Below are positions 22,373 to 32,970 of a stretch of DNA of 64,000 nt, piece by piece (position 1 is the stretch's first letter; the number at the start of each line of letters is the position of its first letter). This DNA comes from Candidatus Cloacimonadales bacterium (GTDB taxonomy: Bacteria; Cloacimonadota; Cloacimonadia; Cloacimonadales; JAFGVF01). The notes below the pieces were generated by a model, which searched no databases, had not been told where the DNA came from, and saw nothing but the letters and a program-made list of their open reading frames with translations. Made by a program: the position numbers and the translations under genes. The stretch is taken from positions 1,088,001 to 1,152,000 of the forward strand of contig CAXXJV010000001.1 of the NCBI GenBank assembly GCA_963663475.2, in the 5' to 3' direction.

Positions 22373-24004
22373 TTATTTTATTAAATTAAACTTACTAGAA
22401 GCCAAGACTTTATTGTTTTCTTTAATTTCAGCAATGTAACATCCTGATGGGACTTGAGGTATGCTAATTGTGTTATCTTTACTATTAATACTTGTTGAAT
22501 AAATTTTTTGACCTTTAATGTTGTAGATAATTAGCTGTGTACCCGAAATATCTCTACTTAAGGAACCTTTAATAGTGTACTTAATATCCATACTAGATTT
22601 AGAAGGATTCGGGTAGATATTTAATCTTATACCATGATTTTCTTCAACTTCTTGGTCACTATTAGCTACAGCCGTATCAGCTAAATCAGTTGATCCCTTG
22701 TAAATATATACCTGGCCATTAAATCCATCCTCTATAGATCCAGCACAATGAGGAGAAGAGATAGCAATATCATCCAATCCATCACCATCAAAATCTCCAA
22801 CTTTGACTTTATAGCCAAATTGGTGGCAAACAGTTGGGTATAGTAATCTAATATCACAATCACCATTCGGGGTTGCCCTACCAAACCAGACTCCAGCAGC
22901 TCCACTATTACTTGCATATTCCATATTAGAACCAACAAAATCACTATAACCATCACCATTAAAGTCTCCGTAGTCTATAGTGTACGACATAGGTCTAGAA
23001 GCGTCTAGTAAAGGTTGGTCATAATAAAATTGTTCTACATGAAGTTCATCTGACTCTAGTATCTCGTCAGCTCGTATGGCTAAGGCATAATAGTCGTTTG
23101 ACGCATTATTTGGTACTGGGAAAAGAAAATCATTTAATCCATCCCCATTAAAATCACCAATAGTCTTTGCCCCTTTAAACATGTATTCGGAATTAACATA
23201 GTGTTTGTAGTCAATAAAACTAGTTGTAAAATCTTCTCCTCCATAGAATATTCTTGTATGTTGATGTTCCGTACCATGTGCTTCATATCCATAACCAACT
23301 GAGAAATCAGCTATTCCATCATTGTTGATGTCTCCCATAGGTTCAATATTTGGAAAAAATAAAGTTGATTCCTCAGCCGGAATAATCTCCACAAGTTCTA
23401 GTGTATTACCAAGTAATATCTTTAAAGGATAACCAAAACCTTCATATTCTAAAGGCTCATGGCACTCTAGTGCGATATCATCATATCCATCATTGTTTAC
23501 ATCACCTAAACAGCTTCTAATGCTGTACCAATCATAGTCATTATCACTATATGAAAATACTTGATCAACTTCAAGGTCAGGATTAGGCCCACCAAAGTAG
23601 TAGCGAATTTCATATTCTCTTGATGGTCTTATACCATCACTATTCATTAATCCATGATTGATGAAATCATCGTAGCCATCACCATTAACATCTCCGCAGT
23701 AGTAGACTCCATAAGCTAAACTTCCAAGATATTCTCCTTCAATTACCATATCAGGTTCATTACCAAAGTCATCACCACCAAAATAGATGTTTAAAGCTCC
23801 GTAGTATTCATCTTGATTTCCCCCATGAGAAACAATTAAATCGTCAATACCGTCAGCATTAAAGTCTAAGACTGTCATGTTTCTACCAAACCAGGATGGA
23901 GCCCACTCTCCACTAAGGGTTATCCAAGGTTCTAGGTCGTTGTCTGCGTATAGTTGTAGAATTGCGGTCAGCAACAATAGAATTAATAGTACAAATTTTC
24001 TCAT
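22373..24004 (-). CDS. FG-GAP (integrin-alpha-like beta-propeller) secreted protein with T9SS-type tail, copy A
   Basis: Seven GD.N.DG..D repeats; tail IYPNP...IYNIKGQKI...PSGCY. Confidence 0.9.
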   Translation of the reverse strand: MRKFVLLILLLLTAILQLYADNDLEPWITLSGEWAPSWFGRNMTVLDFNADGIDDLIVSHGGNQDEYYGALNIYFGGDDFGNEPDMVIEGEYLGSLAYGVYYCGDVNGDGYDDFINHGLMNSDGIRPSREYEIRYYFGGPNPDLEVDQVFSYSDNDYDWYSIRSCLGDVNNDGYDDIALECHEPLEYEGFGYPLKILLGNTLELVEIIPAEESTLFFPNIEPMGDINNDGIADFSVGYGYEAHGTEHQHTRIFYGGEDFTTSFIDYKHYVNSEYMFKGAKTIGDFNGDGLNDFLFPVPNNASNDYYALAIRADEILESDELHVEQFYYDQPLLDASRPMSYTIDYGDFNGDGYSDFVGSNMEYASNSGAAGVWFGRATPNGDCDIRLLYPTVCHQFGYKVKVGDFDGDGLDDIAISSPHCAGSIEDGFNGQVYIYKGSTDLADTAVANSDQEVEENHGIRLNIYPNPSKSSMDIKYTIKGSLSRDISGTQLIIYNIKGQKIYSTSINSKDNTISIPQVPSGCYIAEIKENNKVLASSKFNLIK

Positions 24005-24153
24005 AGATAATCCTTATTTTTTAGTTAAAAACTTACTAATTGGCAAAATCTCATCTTCTGTTAAATTTCTGTAAACAAAATCCTAGTAAATATGCTAAAG
24101 ATATTTAAGCCGTATGTTCTAGTAATACAAATAACCTTTTCATTTTTTACTCC

Positions 24154-25785
24154 TTATTTTATTAAATTAAACTTACTAGAAGCCAAGACTTTATTGTTTT
24201 CTTTAATTTCAGCAATGTAACATCCTGATGGGACTTGAGGTATGCTAATTGTGTTATCTTTACTATTAATACTTGTTGAATAAATTTTTTGACCTTTAAT
24301 GTTGTAGATAATTAGCTGTGTACCCGAAATATCTCTACTTAAGGAACCTTTAATAGTGTACTTAATATCCATACTAGATTTAGAAGGATTCGGGTAGATA
24401 TTTAATCTTATACCATGATTTTCTTCAACTTCTTGGTCACTATTAGCTACAGCCGTATCAGCTAAATCAACTGATCCTTTATAAATATAAACTTCTCCAT
24501 TAAATCCATCTTCTAAAGAACCTGCTCGGTGAGGAGAAGAGATAGCAATATCATCAAATCCATCACCATTAAAATCTCCAACTTTAACTTTGTAGCCAAA
24601 TTGATGAACTACAGTTGGACTATTTAATCTAATATCACAATCTCCGTTTGGGGTTGCCCTGCCAAACCAGATTCGGGCAGCTCCATCATCTATAGCATAT
24701 TCCATATTAGAACCAACAAAATCACTAAAACCATCACCATTAAAGTCTCCGTAACCTATAGTGTAGGACATAGGTCTAGAAGCGTCTAGTAAAGGTTGGT
24801 CATAATAAAATTGTTCTACATGAAGTTCATCTGAATCTAATATATCTTCAGCTCGTATTGCTAAGGAAAAATAGTCGTTAGAAGCATTACTTGGGCTAGG
24901 GAAGAGAAAATCATTTAATCCATCACCATTAAAATCACCAATAGTCTTTGCCCCTTTAAACATGTATTCGGAATTAACATAGTGTTTGTAGTCAATAAAA
25001 CTAGTTGTAAAATCTTCTCCTCCATAGAATATTCTTGTATGTTGATGTTCCGTACCATGTGCTTCATATCCATAACCAACTGAGAAATCAGCTATTCCAT
25101 CATTGTTGATGTCTCCCATAGGTTCAATATTTGGAAAAAATAAAGTTGATTCCTCAGCCGGAATAATCTCCACAAGTTCTAGTGTATTACCAAGTAATAT
25201 CTTTAAAGGATAACCAAAACCTTCATATTCTAAAGGCTCATGGCACTCTAGTGCGATATCATCATATCCATCATTGTTTACATCACCTAAACAGCTTCTA
25301 ATGCTGTACCAATCATAGTCATTATCACTATATGAAAATACTTGATCAACTTCAAGGTCAGGATTAGGCCCACCAAAGTAGTAGCGAATTTCATATTCTC
25401 TTGATGGTCTTATACCATCACTATTCATTAATCCATGATTGATGAAATCATCGTAGCCATCACCATTAACATCTCCGCAGTAGTAGACTCCATAAGCTAA
25501 ACTTCCAAGATATTCTCCTTCAATTACCATATCAGGTTCATTACCAAAGTCATCACCACCAAAATAGATGTTTAAAGCTCCGTAGTATTCATCTTGATTT
25601 CCCCCATGAGAAACAATTAAATCGTCAATACCGTCAGCATTAAAGTCTAAGACTGTCATGTTTCTACCAAACCAGGATGGAGCCCACTCTCCACTAAGGG
25701 TTATCCAAGGTTCTAGGTCGTTGTCTGCGTATAGTTGTAGAATTGCGGTCAGCAACAATAGAATTAATAGTACAAATTTTCTCAT
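24154..25785 (-). CDS. FG-GAP secreted protein with T9SS-type tail, copy B
   Basis: As copy A. Confidence 0.9.
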   Translation of the reverse strand: MRKFVLLILLLLTAILQLYADNDLEPWITLSGEWAPSWFGRNMTVLDFNADGIDDLIVSHGGNQDEYYGALNIYFGGDDFGNEPDMVIEGEYLGSLAYGVYYCGDVNGDGYDDFINHGLMNSDGIRPSREYEIRYYFGGPNPDLEVDQVFSYSDNDYDWYSIRSCLGDVNNDGYDDIALECHEPLEYEGFGYPLKILLGNTLELVEIIPAEESTLFFPNIEPMGDINNDGIADFSVGYGYEAHGTEHQHTRIFYGGEDFTTSFIDYKHYVNSEYMFKGAKTIGDFNGDGLNDFLFPSPSNASNDYFSLAIRAEDILDSDELHVEQFYYDQPLLDASRPMSYTIGYGDFNGDGFSDFVGSNMEYAIDDGAARIWFGRATPNGDCDIRLNSPTVVHQFGYKVKVGDFNGDGFDDIAISSPHRAGSLEDGFNGEVYIYKGSVDLADTAVANSDQEVEENHGIRLNIYPNPSKSSMDIKYTIKGSLSRDISGTQLIIYNIKGQKIYSTSINSKDNTISIPQVPSGCYIAEIKENNKVLASSKFNLIK

Positions 25786-25934
25786 AGATAATCCTTATTT
25801 TTTAGTTAAAAACTTACTAATTGGCAAAATCTCATCTTCTGTTAAATTTCTGTAAACAAAATCCTAGTAAATATGCTAAAGATATTTAAGCCGTATGTTC
25901 TAGTAATACAAATAACCTTTTCATTTTTTACTCC

Positions 25935-27551
25935 TTATTTTATTAAATTAAACTTACTAGAAGCCAAGACTTTATTGTTTTCTTTAATTTCAGCAATGTA
26001 ACATCCTGATGGGACTTGAGGTATGCTAATTGTGTTATCTTTACTATTAATACTTGTTGAATAAATTTTTTGACCTTTAATGTTGTAGATAATTAGCTGT
26101 GTACCCGAAATATCTCTACTTAAGGAACCTTTAATAGTGTACTTAATATCCATACTAGATTTAGAAGGATTCGGGTAGATATTTAATCTTATACCATGAT
26201 TTTCTTCAACTTCTTGGTCACTATTAGCTACAGCCGTATCAGCTAAATCAACTGATCCCTTGTAAATATATACCTGGCCATTAAATCCATCCTCTATAGA
26301 TCCAGCACAATGAGGAGAAGAGATAGCAATATCATCCAATCCATCACCATCAAAATCTCCAACTTTGACTTTATAGCCAAATTGGTGGCAAACAGTTGGG
26401 TATAGTAATCTAATATCACAATCACCATTCGGGGTTGCCCTACCAAACCATATTCCAGCAGCACCATTATCAATAGCATATTCCATATTAGAACCAACAA
26501 AATCACTATAACCATCACCATTAAAGTCTCCGTAGTCTATAGTGTACGACATAGGTCTAGAAGCGTCTAGTAAAGGTTGGTCATAATAAAATTGTTCTAC
26601 ATGAAGTTCATCTGACTCTAGTATCTCGTCAGCTCGTATGGCTAAGGCATAATAGTCGTTTGACGCATTATTTGGTACTGGAAAAAGAAAATCATTTAAT
26701 CCATCCCCATTAAAATCACCAATAGTCTTTGCCCCTTTAAACATGTATTCGGAATTAACATAGTGTTTGTAGTCAATAAAACTAGTTGTAAAATCTTCTC
26801 CTCCATAGAATATTCTTGTATGTTGATGTTCCGTACCATGTGCTTCATATCCATAACCAACTGAGAAATCAGCTATACCATCATTGTTGATATCTCCCAT
26901 AGGTTCAATATTAGGGAAAAAAAGAGTTGACTCTTCAGCAGGAATAATTTCCACAAGTTCAAGCGTATTACCAAGTAATATCTTTAAAGGATAACCATTA
27001 CCCTCAAATCTTTTAAGCCCAATATCATCATAACCATCATTATTAACATCTCCTAAACAGGTTCTTATCCCATACCAATCTTGATCATTATCACTATATG
27101 AAAATTCTTGATCAACTTCAATATCAGGATTGGGTCCACCGAAGTAGTAGCGGATTTCATATTCTCTTGGTTGTCTAGTATCTTCGCTATAAACTAAACC
27201 ATGATTTATGAAATCATCATAGCCATCACCATTGACATCTCCACAGTAGTAGACTCCATAAGCTAAACTACCGAGATATTCCCCCTCAATTACCATATCA
27301 GGTTCATCTCCAAAGTTATCACCTCCAAAATAGATGTTTAACGCTCCAAAGTACTCACCTTCATTCCCTCCGTGTGAAAGAATTAAATCATCAATACCAT
27401 CAGCGTTAAAGTCTAAGACTGTCATGTTTCTACCAAACCAAGATGGAGCCCACTCTCCACTAAGGGTAATCCAAGGTTCTAGATCGTTGTCTGCGTATAG
27501 TTGTAGAATTGCGGTCAGCAACAATAGAAATGATAGTGCATTTTTTTTCAT
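25935..27551 (-). CDS. FG-GAP secreted protein with T9SS-type tail, copy C
   Basis: As copy A; 5 aa shorter. Confidence 0.9.
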   Translation of the reverse strand: MKKNALSFLLLLTAILQLYADNDLEPWITLSGEWAPSWFGRNMTVLDFNADGIDDLILSHGGNEGEYFGALNIYFGGDNFGDEPDMVIEGEYLGSLAYGVYYCGDVNGDGYDDFINHGLVYSEDTRQPREYEIRYYFGGPNPDIEVDQEFSYSDNDQDWYGIRTCLGDVNNDGYDDIGLKRFEGNGYPLKILLGNTLELVEIIPAEESTLFFPNIEPMGDINNDGIADFSVGYGYEAHGTEHQHTRIFYGGEDFTTSFIDYKHYVNSEYMFKGAKTIGDFNGDGLNDFLFPVPNNASNDYYALAIRADEILESDELHVEQFYYDQPLLDASRPMSYTIDYGDFNGDGYSDFVGSNMEYAIDNGAAGIWFGRATPNGDCDIRLLYPTVCHQFGYKVKVGDFDGDGLDDIAISSPHCAGSIEDGFNGQVYIYKGSVDLADTAVANSDQEVEENHGIRLNIYPNPSKSSMDIKYTIKGSLSRDISGTQLIIYNIKGQKIYSTSINSKDNTISIPQVPSGCYIAEIKENNKVLASSKFNLIK

Positions 27552-27697
27552 AGATACTCCTTATTTTTAAGTTAAAAACTTACTAATTGGCAAAATCTCA
27601 TCTTCTGTTAAATTTATGTAAACAAAATCCTAGTAAATATGCTAAAGATATTTAAGCAGTATGTTTTAGTAATGTCAAGTAATTTTTAGTAATTTTT

Positions 27698-28596
27698 GGC
27701 ATACCCCCATTTTTTTTAAGAAAAATTGATCCTCAGCTGTAACTTGTCATGATATTCACCTTTGCAGGGTAAAATCTTGTTAAGTTTTGTATTGCTGAAT
27801 ATATGTTTTATGACTCTGCTAAGCTTATAATATACATATTTATATGTCTGTTCTTTTAAATTTCCAAATTCTGGGTATAAGTATAGTAGTTGATCTAAAT
27901 ATTTTATAGCAGAGTATATTATATCAACTGCGACCATCAGGATTGTATTTAAATTTTTTAATCCTACATAACTCATTAACTGGATATTTTCCTAGTTAAA
28001 CTCTTGTTTTACATGTCTATGAAATTCCTCAATTTTCCATCTGTACCCATATCTTCTTAATGCTTTTTCAATTATCTCATAGTCTGTTAAGTCTTTGGTA
28101 TTAAAGTTACATAGCAAATAGAATAAACCCCCTTTTTTACCATGTCGAGCAACTACTAGATGAGTCTCTACTGTATCTGACTTTTTAGTTTTATGAGGAT
28201 TTGTTCTTATTTTTACCCTTTTAACTCCACACATATAAATCTTATTTTTGGAAGTTTTAAACTTGTGTTTTCTCTTTGCAATTTTATTATATTCTTTTTT
28301 TTTAATCCATTGTTTAAAGTGCTCCTTTTGTTTTTATTTTTGGATAATCTAATTATATTTAGGGGCACTTTTTAGCAATATTTTTTTTAGTTATTTTATT
28401 ATATATCATTTACTTACAATTCATTAAAAAGTGGCTTAATATTAGAGCCGTGTGGCTTGTTTAATTAAAATTTTAACTAAAAAGTGGTTTTAATATAGAT
28501 GTCTCTCAAAACTGCTTAAACTTGACATTAATCAACTTTAAACAGTTATTATAATGCATCTTCAGATAGATGTTTGCAGTTTTTTGGGGGTATGCC
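27698..28596 (-). mobile_element. Decayed, internally deleted IS4-superfamily insertion sequence
   Basis: Terminal IRs GGCATACCCCCA (27698..27709) and TGGGGGTATGCC (28585..28596) enclose a transposase remnant. Confidence 0.75.
27716..28370 (-). pseudogene. Transposase pseudogene (DDE, C-terminal part)
   Basis: YGYRWKIEEFHRHVKQ matches the Y-2-R-3-E-6-K signature. An in-frame TAG at 27992..27994 splits two same-frame ORFs, and the N-terminal half is missing. Confidence 0.8.
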
Positions 28597-28674
28597 TGCA
28601 AAAGAAATATTTCTCTTGACATATTTCTTTCCCTTTCAATAATTAGGTAAATAAAAATATAAAGAAGGTGTAAG

Positions 28675-29148
28675 ATGAAAAAGATTCTTATTTTTGTTGT
28701 AGCAGTTTTATTTACATTAACTATAAATGCAAATCCAGATACTAATAATGAGTTTACAGGCTCTTTAACTATTCTCACTCAATATATGGATGGTTATCAT
28801 AATGTCCAATTAAAATGGGAAGATAACTCAGTTTCTAACGACTATTATGCTTATATCATCACAGAAGGTAACTCTGATAATGAAGAGAATCATGTTGTAA
28901 AGGGTTATACTAGAAGCAATTCTTTTGCTATCTTTAATGTACCTAACCTAGCCAACATCTCACCTCAATATAATGTTTATAAAATGAACTTTAATCAAGA
29001 GGTTCAACTAGATGACATTATTACAAATGATAGTGATAATCAATTTAGAGTAGCACTTACTTGGTCTCAAATCAAAGAACTTCTTAAGAAGAAAAGTAAC
29101 AATATCTGGAAGATTAGAAGAAATAATATTCCTACAAGTATGCAATAA
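28675..29148 (+). CDS. Secreted hypothetical protein
   Basis: Signal peptide (INA), AAGG RBS, upstream TTGACA, downstream terminator. Confidence 0.7.
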   Translation: MKKILIFVVAVLFTLTINANPDTNNEFTGSLTILTQYMDGYHNVQLKWEDNSVSNDYYAYIITEGNSDNEENHVVKGYTRSNSFAIFNVPNLANISPQYNVYKMNFNQEVQLDDIITNDSDNQFRVALTWSQIKELLKKKSNNIWKIRRNNIPTSMQ

Positions 29149-29170
29149 ATTATTGCCTTAAATAAATTTT

Positions 29171-29198
29171 AGGAGGCTGGAAACAGTCTCTTTTTTTT
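29171..29198 (+). terminator. Intrinsic terminator
   Basis: GGAGGCTG-GAAA-CAGTCTCT followed by a T-tract. Confidence 0.8.
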
Positions 29199-29285
29199 AT
29201 TGTCTTAAATATGGAGAAACTTGACCTTAGCACCAATGGAGTAATTCTCAGAGACTAATTTCTTAAGTTGTTAATGTAGTGCTTT

Positions 29286-29450
29286 AACCCAAATAATGCA
29301 GTAGACCTTTGTGAATAGCACTATATTCTTCTGCAAAAGTAACTTCCATAATTTCTCCGAATATATAAAATATATGCGTCAAAATTCTGTAAGCTATTTT
29401 GCTAGAATAATCTGCACTCTTCACTAAAGCTCTACTACACTATCTGGTTT
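29286..29450 (+). mobile_element. MITE-like repeat family A, full copy
   Basis: Near-identical to 54213..54377. Confidence 0.8.
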
Positions 29451-29634
29451 AACCCAAATAATGCAGTAGATCTTTGTGAATTTACTTGTAGCATCCTTAT
29501 TCCTTCCTTTACACTCTTTCGATGAAACCTGGACTTTCATCGAAAGAGTGTAAAGGAAGGAATAAGGATGAAAGGAGAAAAAAGTTGGTTTTCCAAATAG
29601 TACTTTCTCTAAATCCTACTACACCATTCGGGTT
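29451..29634 (+). mobile_element. Family A termini enclosing a different core with a 36-bp-arm perfect palindrome
   Basis: AACCCAAATAATGCAGTAGATCTTTGTGAAT ... CTAAATCCTACTACACCATTCGGGTT; palindrome at 29492..29570. Confidence 0.75.
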
Positions 29635-29708
29635 AAAAGAGAAGAAGAAAAAGCTCCAAGTGTCTAAAAAAATCAACACTCAGAGCTTAGAAAGGTTTGT
29701 AAATTAGC

Positions 29709-31022
29709 TTATTGTTTAGCGTACTTTTCTTGATTATCAATGAGAGCTTGTACAGGCTTCATTCCAAATGGAGAACCTTGTTCAATAGAGTTAAGAACAG
29801 CTCCACCACCAGTAAAGAAGTAGTAGTCATCTCGTTCGATAGCTTTTAAGTAAGTTTCATAAGCAACAGCTTTAAATTCTTGGAGAGTATCACCGCCACC
29901 AAACATTTTCATAGCAGCTTCATTCTTTGAGATAATATCATAGAGGTCTTTAGTTCCTTCGCTAAAGTGAGGAGCAAAACCCATAACTGCGTTACAGAAG
30001 AACATATTAGCTCGGGAGAAAATTTCTTTGATATGGCGTAAAGACCAAGTTTCCCAAGATACATCTAAGATATAATTTAGTTCTGTGCCTGGTTTTAAAT
30101 CATAAATAAAATGAGTACGGTATTTACCAGGTATCTTTTCACCTAAAACATCTGATTCCACGATATAAGGTAATTCCACAATTCTTTGAGGGAATTCATT
30201 TGCTTTTTCTAAGAAAACACGGGCGTGCTCAAGGTCTTTTTCAGTAATACCTTTTATTTTAAGGTCATATTTAACTGCCAAGTAGGCATTATAGATAACA
30301 CCACCCAATACCAAATAATCAACATGTTCTAGAAGATTATTTAAAGGTTTGATCTTTGTATCAAATTTAGAACCAGCGACTATACCTACGAAAGGTCTGC
30401 GAGGTTTGAATACTTGCTTAAGATGGGTAATCTCTTTTTGCATTAAAATTCCAGAGTAGGAAGGCATATAGTAGGTTGGCTTCATAGTAGAAGTATGTGG
30501 CTGCCAAGAACCAAAAGCATCATTAACAAAGACATCTGCGATATTAGCTAAGGCCTTACCTAAATCATCAGAATCTCCATTCATAGACTCTTCACCTCTA
30601 AACCATCTTGTATTAGGAAGATAAATCATGTCAATTTTATTATTTCTTAAGTCCTCTATGAGAGAGTATATTGATTCATCTTCAACCTCAATCCCGTTAT
30701 CCTCACGTTTATACCATTTAGGAATCTCAATATTTAACGATAACTTTGATTTCATATAATCTACAATTGGGGTAACTGAATCATCATCAGAAATAACTAT
30801 CTCTCCAGTTTTTTTATCTACTGGGCGACCATTGTGTGTCATTAAAATTAATTTCCCACCACGCAAGGCAATGTTTAATAAGGTAGGAACTGTAGCATCA
30901 ATACGTTCTGTGTCTTTTATTACACCATTTTTTACAACGTTATGGTCAACTCTTACTAAGACAATCTTGTCTTTTAAATCCGCATCTTGAATTCTTGGTA
31001 AATTACGATTTAACATCTTCAC
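29709..31022 (-). CDS. pgk: Phosphoglycerate kinase (divergent)
   Basis: VLVRVDHNV, THNGRP, PNTRW, FVNDAFG, AGSK, GGGDT, TGGGA. Confidence 0.88.
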   Translation of the reverse strand: MKMLNRNLPRIQDADLKDKIVLVRVDHNVVKNGVIKDTERIDATVPTLLNIALRGGKLILMTHNGRPVDKKTGEIVISDDDSVTPIVDYMKSKLSLNIEIPKWYKREDNGIEVEDESIYSLIEDLRNNKIDMIYLPNTRWFRGEESMNGDSDDLGKALANIADVFVNDAFGSWQPHTSTMKPTYYMPSYSGILMQKEITHLKQVFKPRRPFVGIVAGSKFDTKIKPLNNLLEHVDYLVLGGVIYNAYLAVKYDLKIKGITEKDLEHARVFLEKANEFPQRIVELPYIVESDVLGEKIPGKYRTHFIYDLKPGTELNYILDVSWETWSLRHIKEIFSRANMFFCNAVMGFAPHFSEGTKDLYDIISKNEAAMKMFGGGDTLQEFKAVAYETYLKAIERDDYYFFTGGGAVLNSIEQGSPFGMKPVQALIDNQEKYAKQ

Positions 31023-31519
31023 TCCCAGATATGTTCTTTATATAACCAAATAAAAGTATTTGATTAAAGTAGGCAAGTTTTTTTTTAAATTCAAGACTCT
31101 ATCTCGGACAGAAAGAATAAGCAATTTATTGATACTTAGAGGATGAAAGCGGAGTGAAATTGTGGAGAATGGATAAAACTTTAAAAGCAGATTTCTTGTC
31201 CTGCCTCCTGGAGGCTGTGGGATGAATTTCGAACTTCTTAGATCTAGTAAAAAAGCTAGTAAAAAATTCCCTAATTGTATTATTATTTAATGTAACTATT
31301 TATAGATAATATGTTTACAGAACATTCCACTCCTACACTACGATTAAAAGTTTGTTAGCAATAATTATTAATTTGAAATAATGGTTATTAAAAAAATAAA
31401 AAAATTGACAAAAAATGTATCAATAAATTATTAGAAGTAATTAATTATACTTACATAGAGAGGTATAGAAATATATAGGGATGTAATGAGAAATTAATAC
31501 TTTGGATGAATTAGGAGCT

Positions 31520-32058
31520 TAAAATTGAGGATTTGTCGATACTTTATTAAAATAGTAATGAACCTACTTTATCAAAAAGATTAAGAGGAGAATTACAATT
31601 ATTTTTTTTCGGGAAGTGACTTTTCAATTATAGCTAATGAAAAATGGATTAATCATCAAGGGAATTTATTTAGACTAAGAGAGGAAGAAAAAATTGATAG
31701 AAATCTTTAGGACTTAGTTAAACATATCAATGGTGATAAATTAAAATTATCAAAACTCGGAGATATAAATTTACATATAAAGTACAGATTTGTACTTTAT
31801 ACTAATAGATGGTGTCATAATGATACTTATCAAAATGAAAGAACGTTCGAAGGCTGGACTGTTTACTTCAATTTTAATCAAGATAATATTAAATATCCTG
31901 CTCAAGTATTTGATGCTTTTGAGTATCTTTGGAACATTTCAAACGATGAAAAGATGTCTGCAAAAGACCTCCAATCTTATATAAATAAATTGACAGACTG
32001 GATTAATATAACCGAACAGAACTTCCCACCTTTCTTATCAAAAAATAATCTTATGTAG
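31520..32058 (+). pseudogene. Degraded gene of unknown function
   Basis: Protein-like frame (...YTNRWCHNDTY...RTFEGW...IKYP...FEYLW...LQSYINKLTDWINITE..FP) ending at TAG 32058, broken upstream by in-frame stops and a frameshift. Confidence 0.5.
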
Positions 32059-32241
32059 AAGCATGTATGTTAGAGTTTGATATTGGATATCTTACTTTCA
32101 TGATGTTTTAGGATGGAAAGGTTAAATAGCAACAAAATCTAAAATTAGATGGAGGTTAAAATGACATAATTGAACTAGAGAAATTGGAAAAAAATTAAGG
32201 AGAAATGATGAAACCTCAGAATTATAATATAAGGAGATATT

Positions 32242-32970
32242 ATGAAGTTACTTAAAAAGGTATTTCTATTGTTAATGATAACATGCTGTAGTCATAATCT
32301 ATTTGCAGATGATGGCCAAGAAGAATATTTAAGAAAAATTGCTGGAATTATCCAGAAAACTGCTGAAATGCGTTTTGGTGGAGATCTAAATGTTGGTGAT
32401 AAAGTGAAATATGAATATAGAGATGATTCACAAGCTGAAGAATTTAAGTTTCACAGTCTGGAAGTAGTATCAAAATATTCAGATAAAGTTACCATACTTG
32501 AAAAGTTTGAAGGAAATAATTTAATTATATCATACAATCCTAAGAACTTTGAAGTATTAGAGATAAAAGGAAATGATATAGTAGGCAAAGAATACACTCT
32601 TTCTCTACTAAATAAAAATGAATTGAAAGCTTTTGATTCAGTTACAGCATTGCCTTTTATGCAAGAGATTACAGATTTGTATAGGCTTAATAAGACAAAA
32701 ACTACTAAATCTATAAAGGGAAAATCAAAAATATCTTGTCAGAAAATTGAATTGAACCCAGATAAAGTTAGTTTTCTAGGTATGTATAAGAAAGAGATGA
32801 TAGAAAATGATAGTCATATAATGACAGTATCTCATGATGTACCAAAATTATTACCTTTAATACCTGTTTCTCTAAATAACTACTCGATGAAAGATCTACT
32901 AAAAAGAGAAAATTGTGGACTTGTAGAGAATAACTTATTAAAACTAATAGATTTTGAAAAGGTGGAATAG
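32242..32970 (+). CDS. Secreted hypothetical protein
   Basis: AAGGAG RBS, signal peptide (LFA), 242 aa. Confidence 0.75.
   Translation: MKLLKKVFLLLMITCCSHNLFADDGQEEYLRKIAGIIQKTAEMRFGGDLNVGDKVKYEYRDDSQAEEFKFHSLEVVSKYSDKVTILEKFEGNNLIISYNPKNFEVLEIKGNDIVGKEYTLSLLNKNELKAFDSVTALPFMQEITDLYRLNKTKTTKSIKGKSKISCQKIELNPDKVSFLGMYKKEMIENDSHIMTVSHDVPKLLPLIPVSLNNYSMKDLLKRENCGLVENNLLKLIDFEKVE

Larger units (their letters stand above)
22345..27673 (-). repeat. Three tandem ~1.78-kb units, each carrying one FG-GAP gene and its upstream region
   Basis: Units start at 22345, 24126 and 25907 (1781-bp period); identical junction sequence at 24126 and 25907. Confidence 0.92.

Noticed and set aside
27670-28530. TAATGTCAAGT / ACTTGACATTA as the ends of the decayed IS
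   Set aside because: Better explained as TTGACA promoter boxes; the GGCATACCCCCA pair is the more convincing terminal repeat
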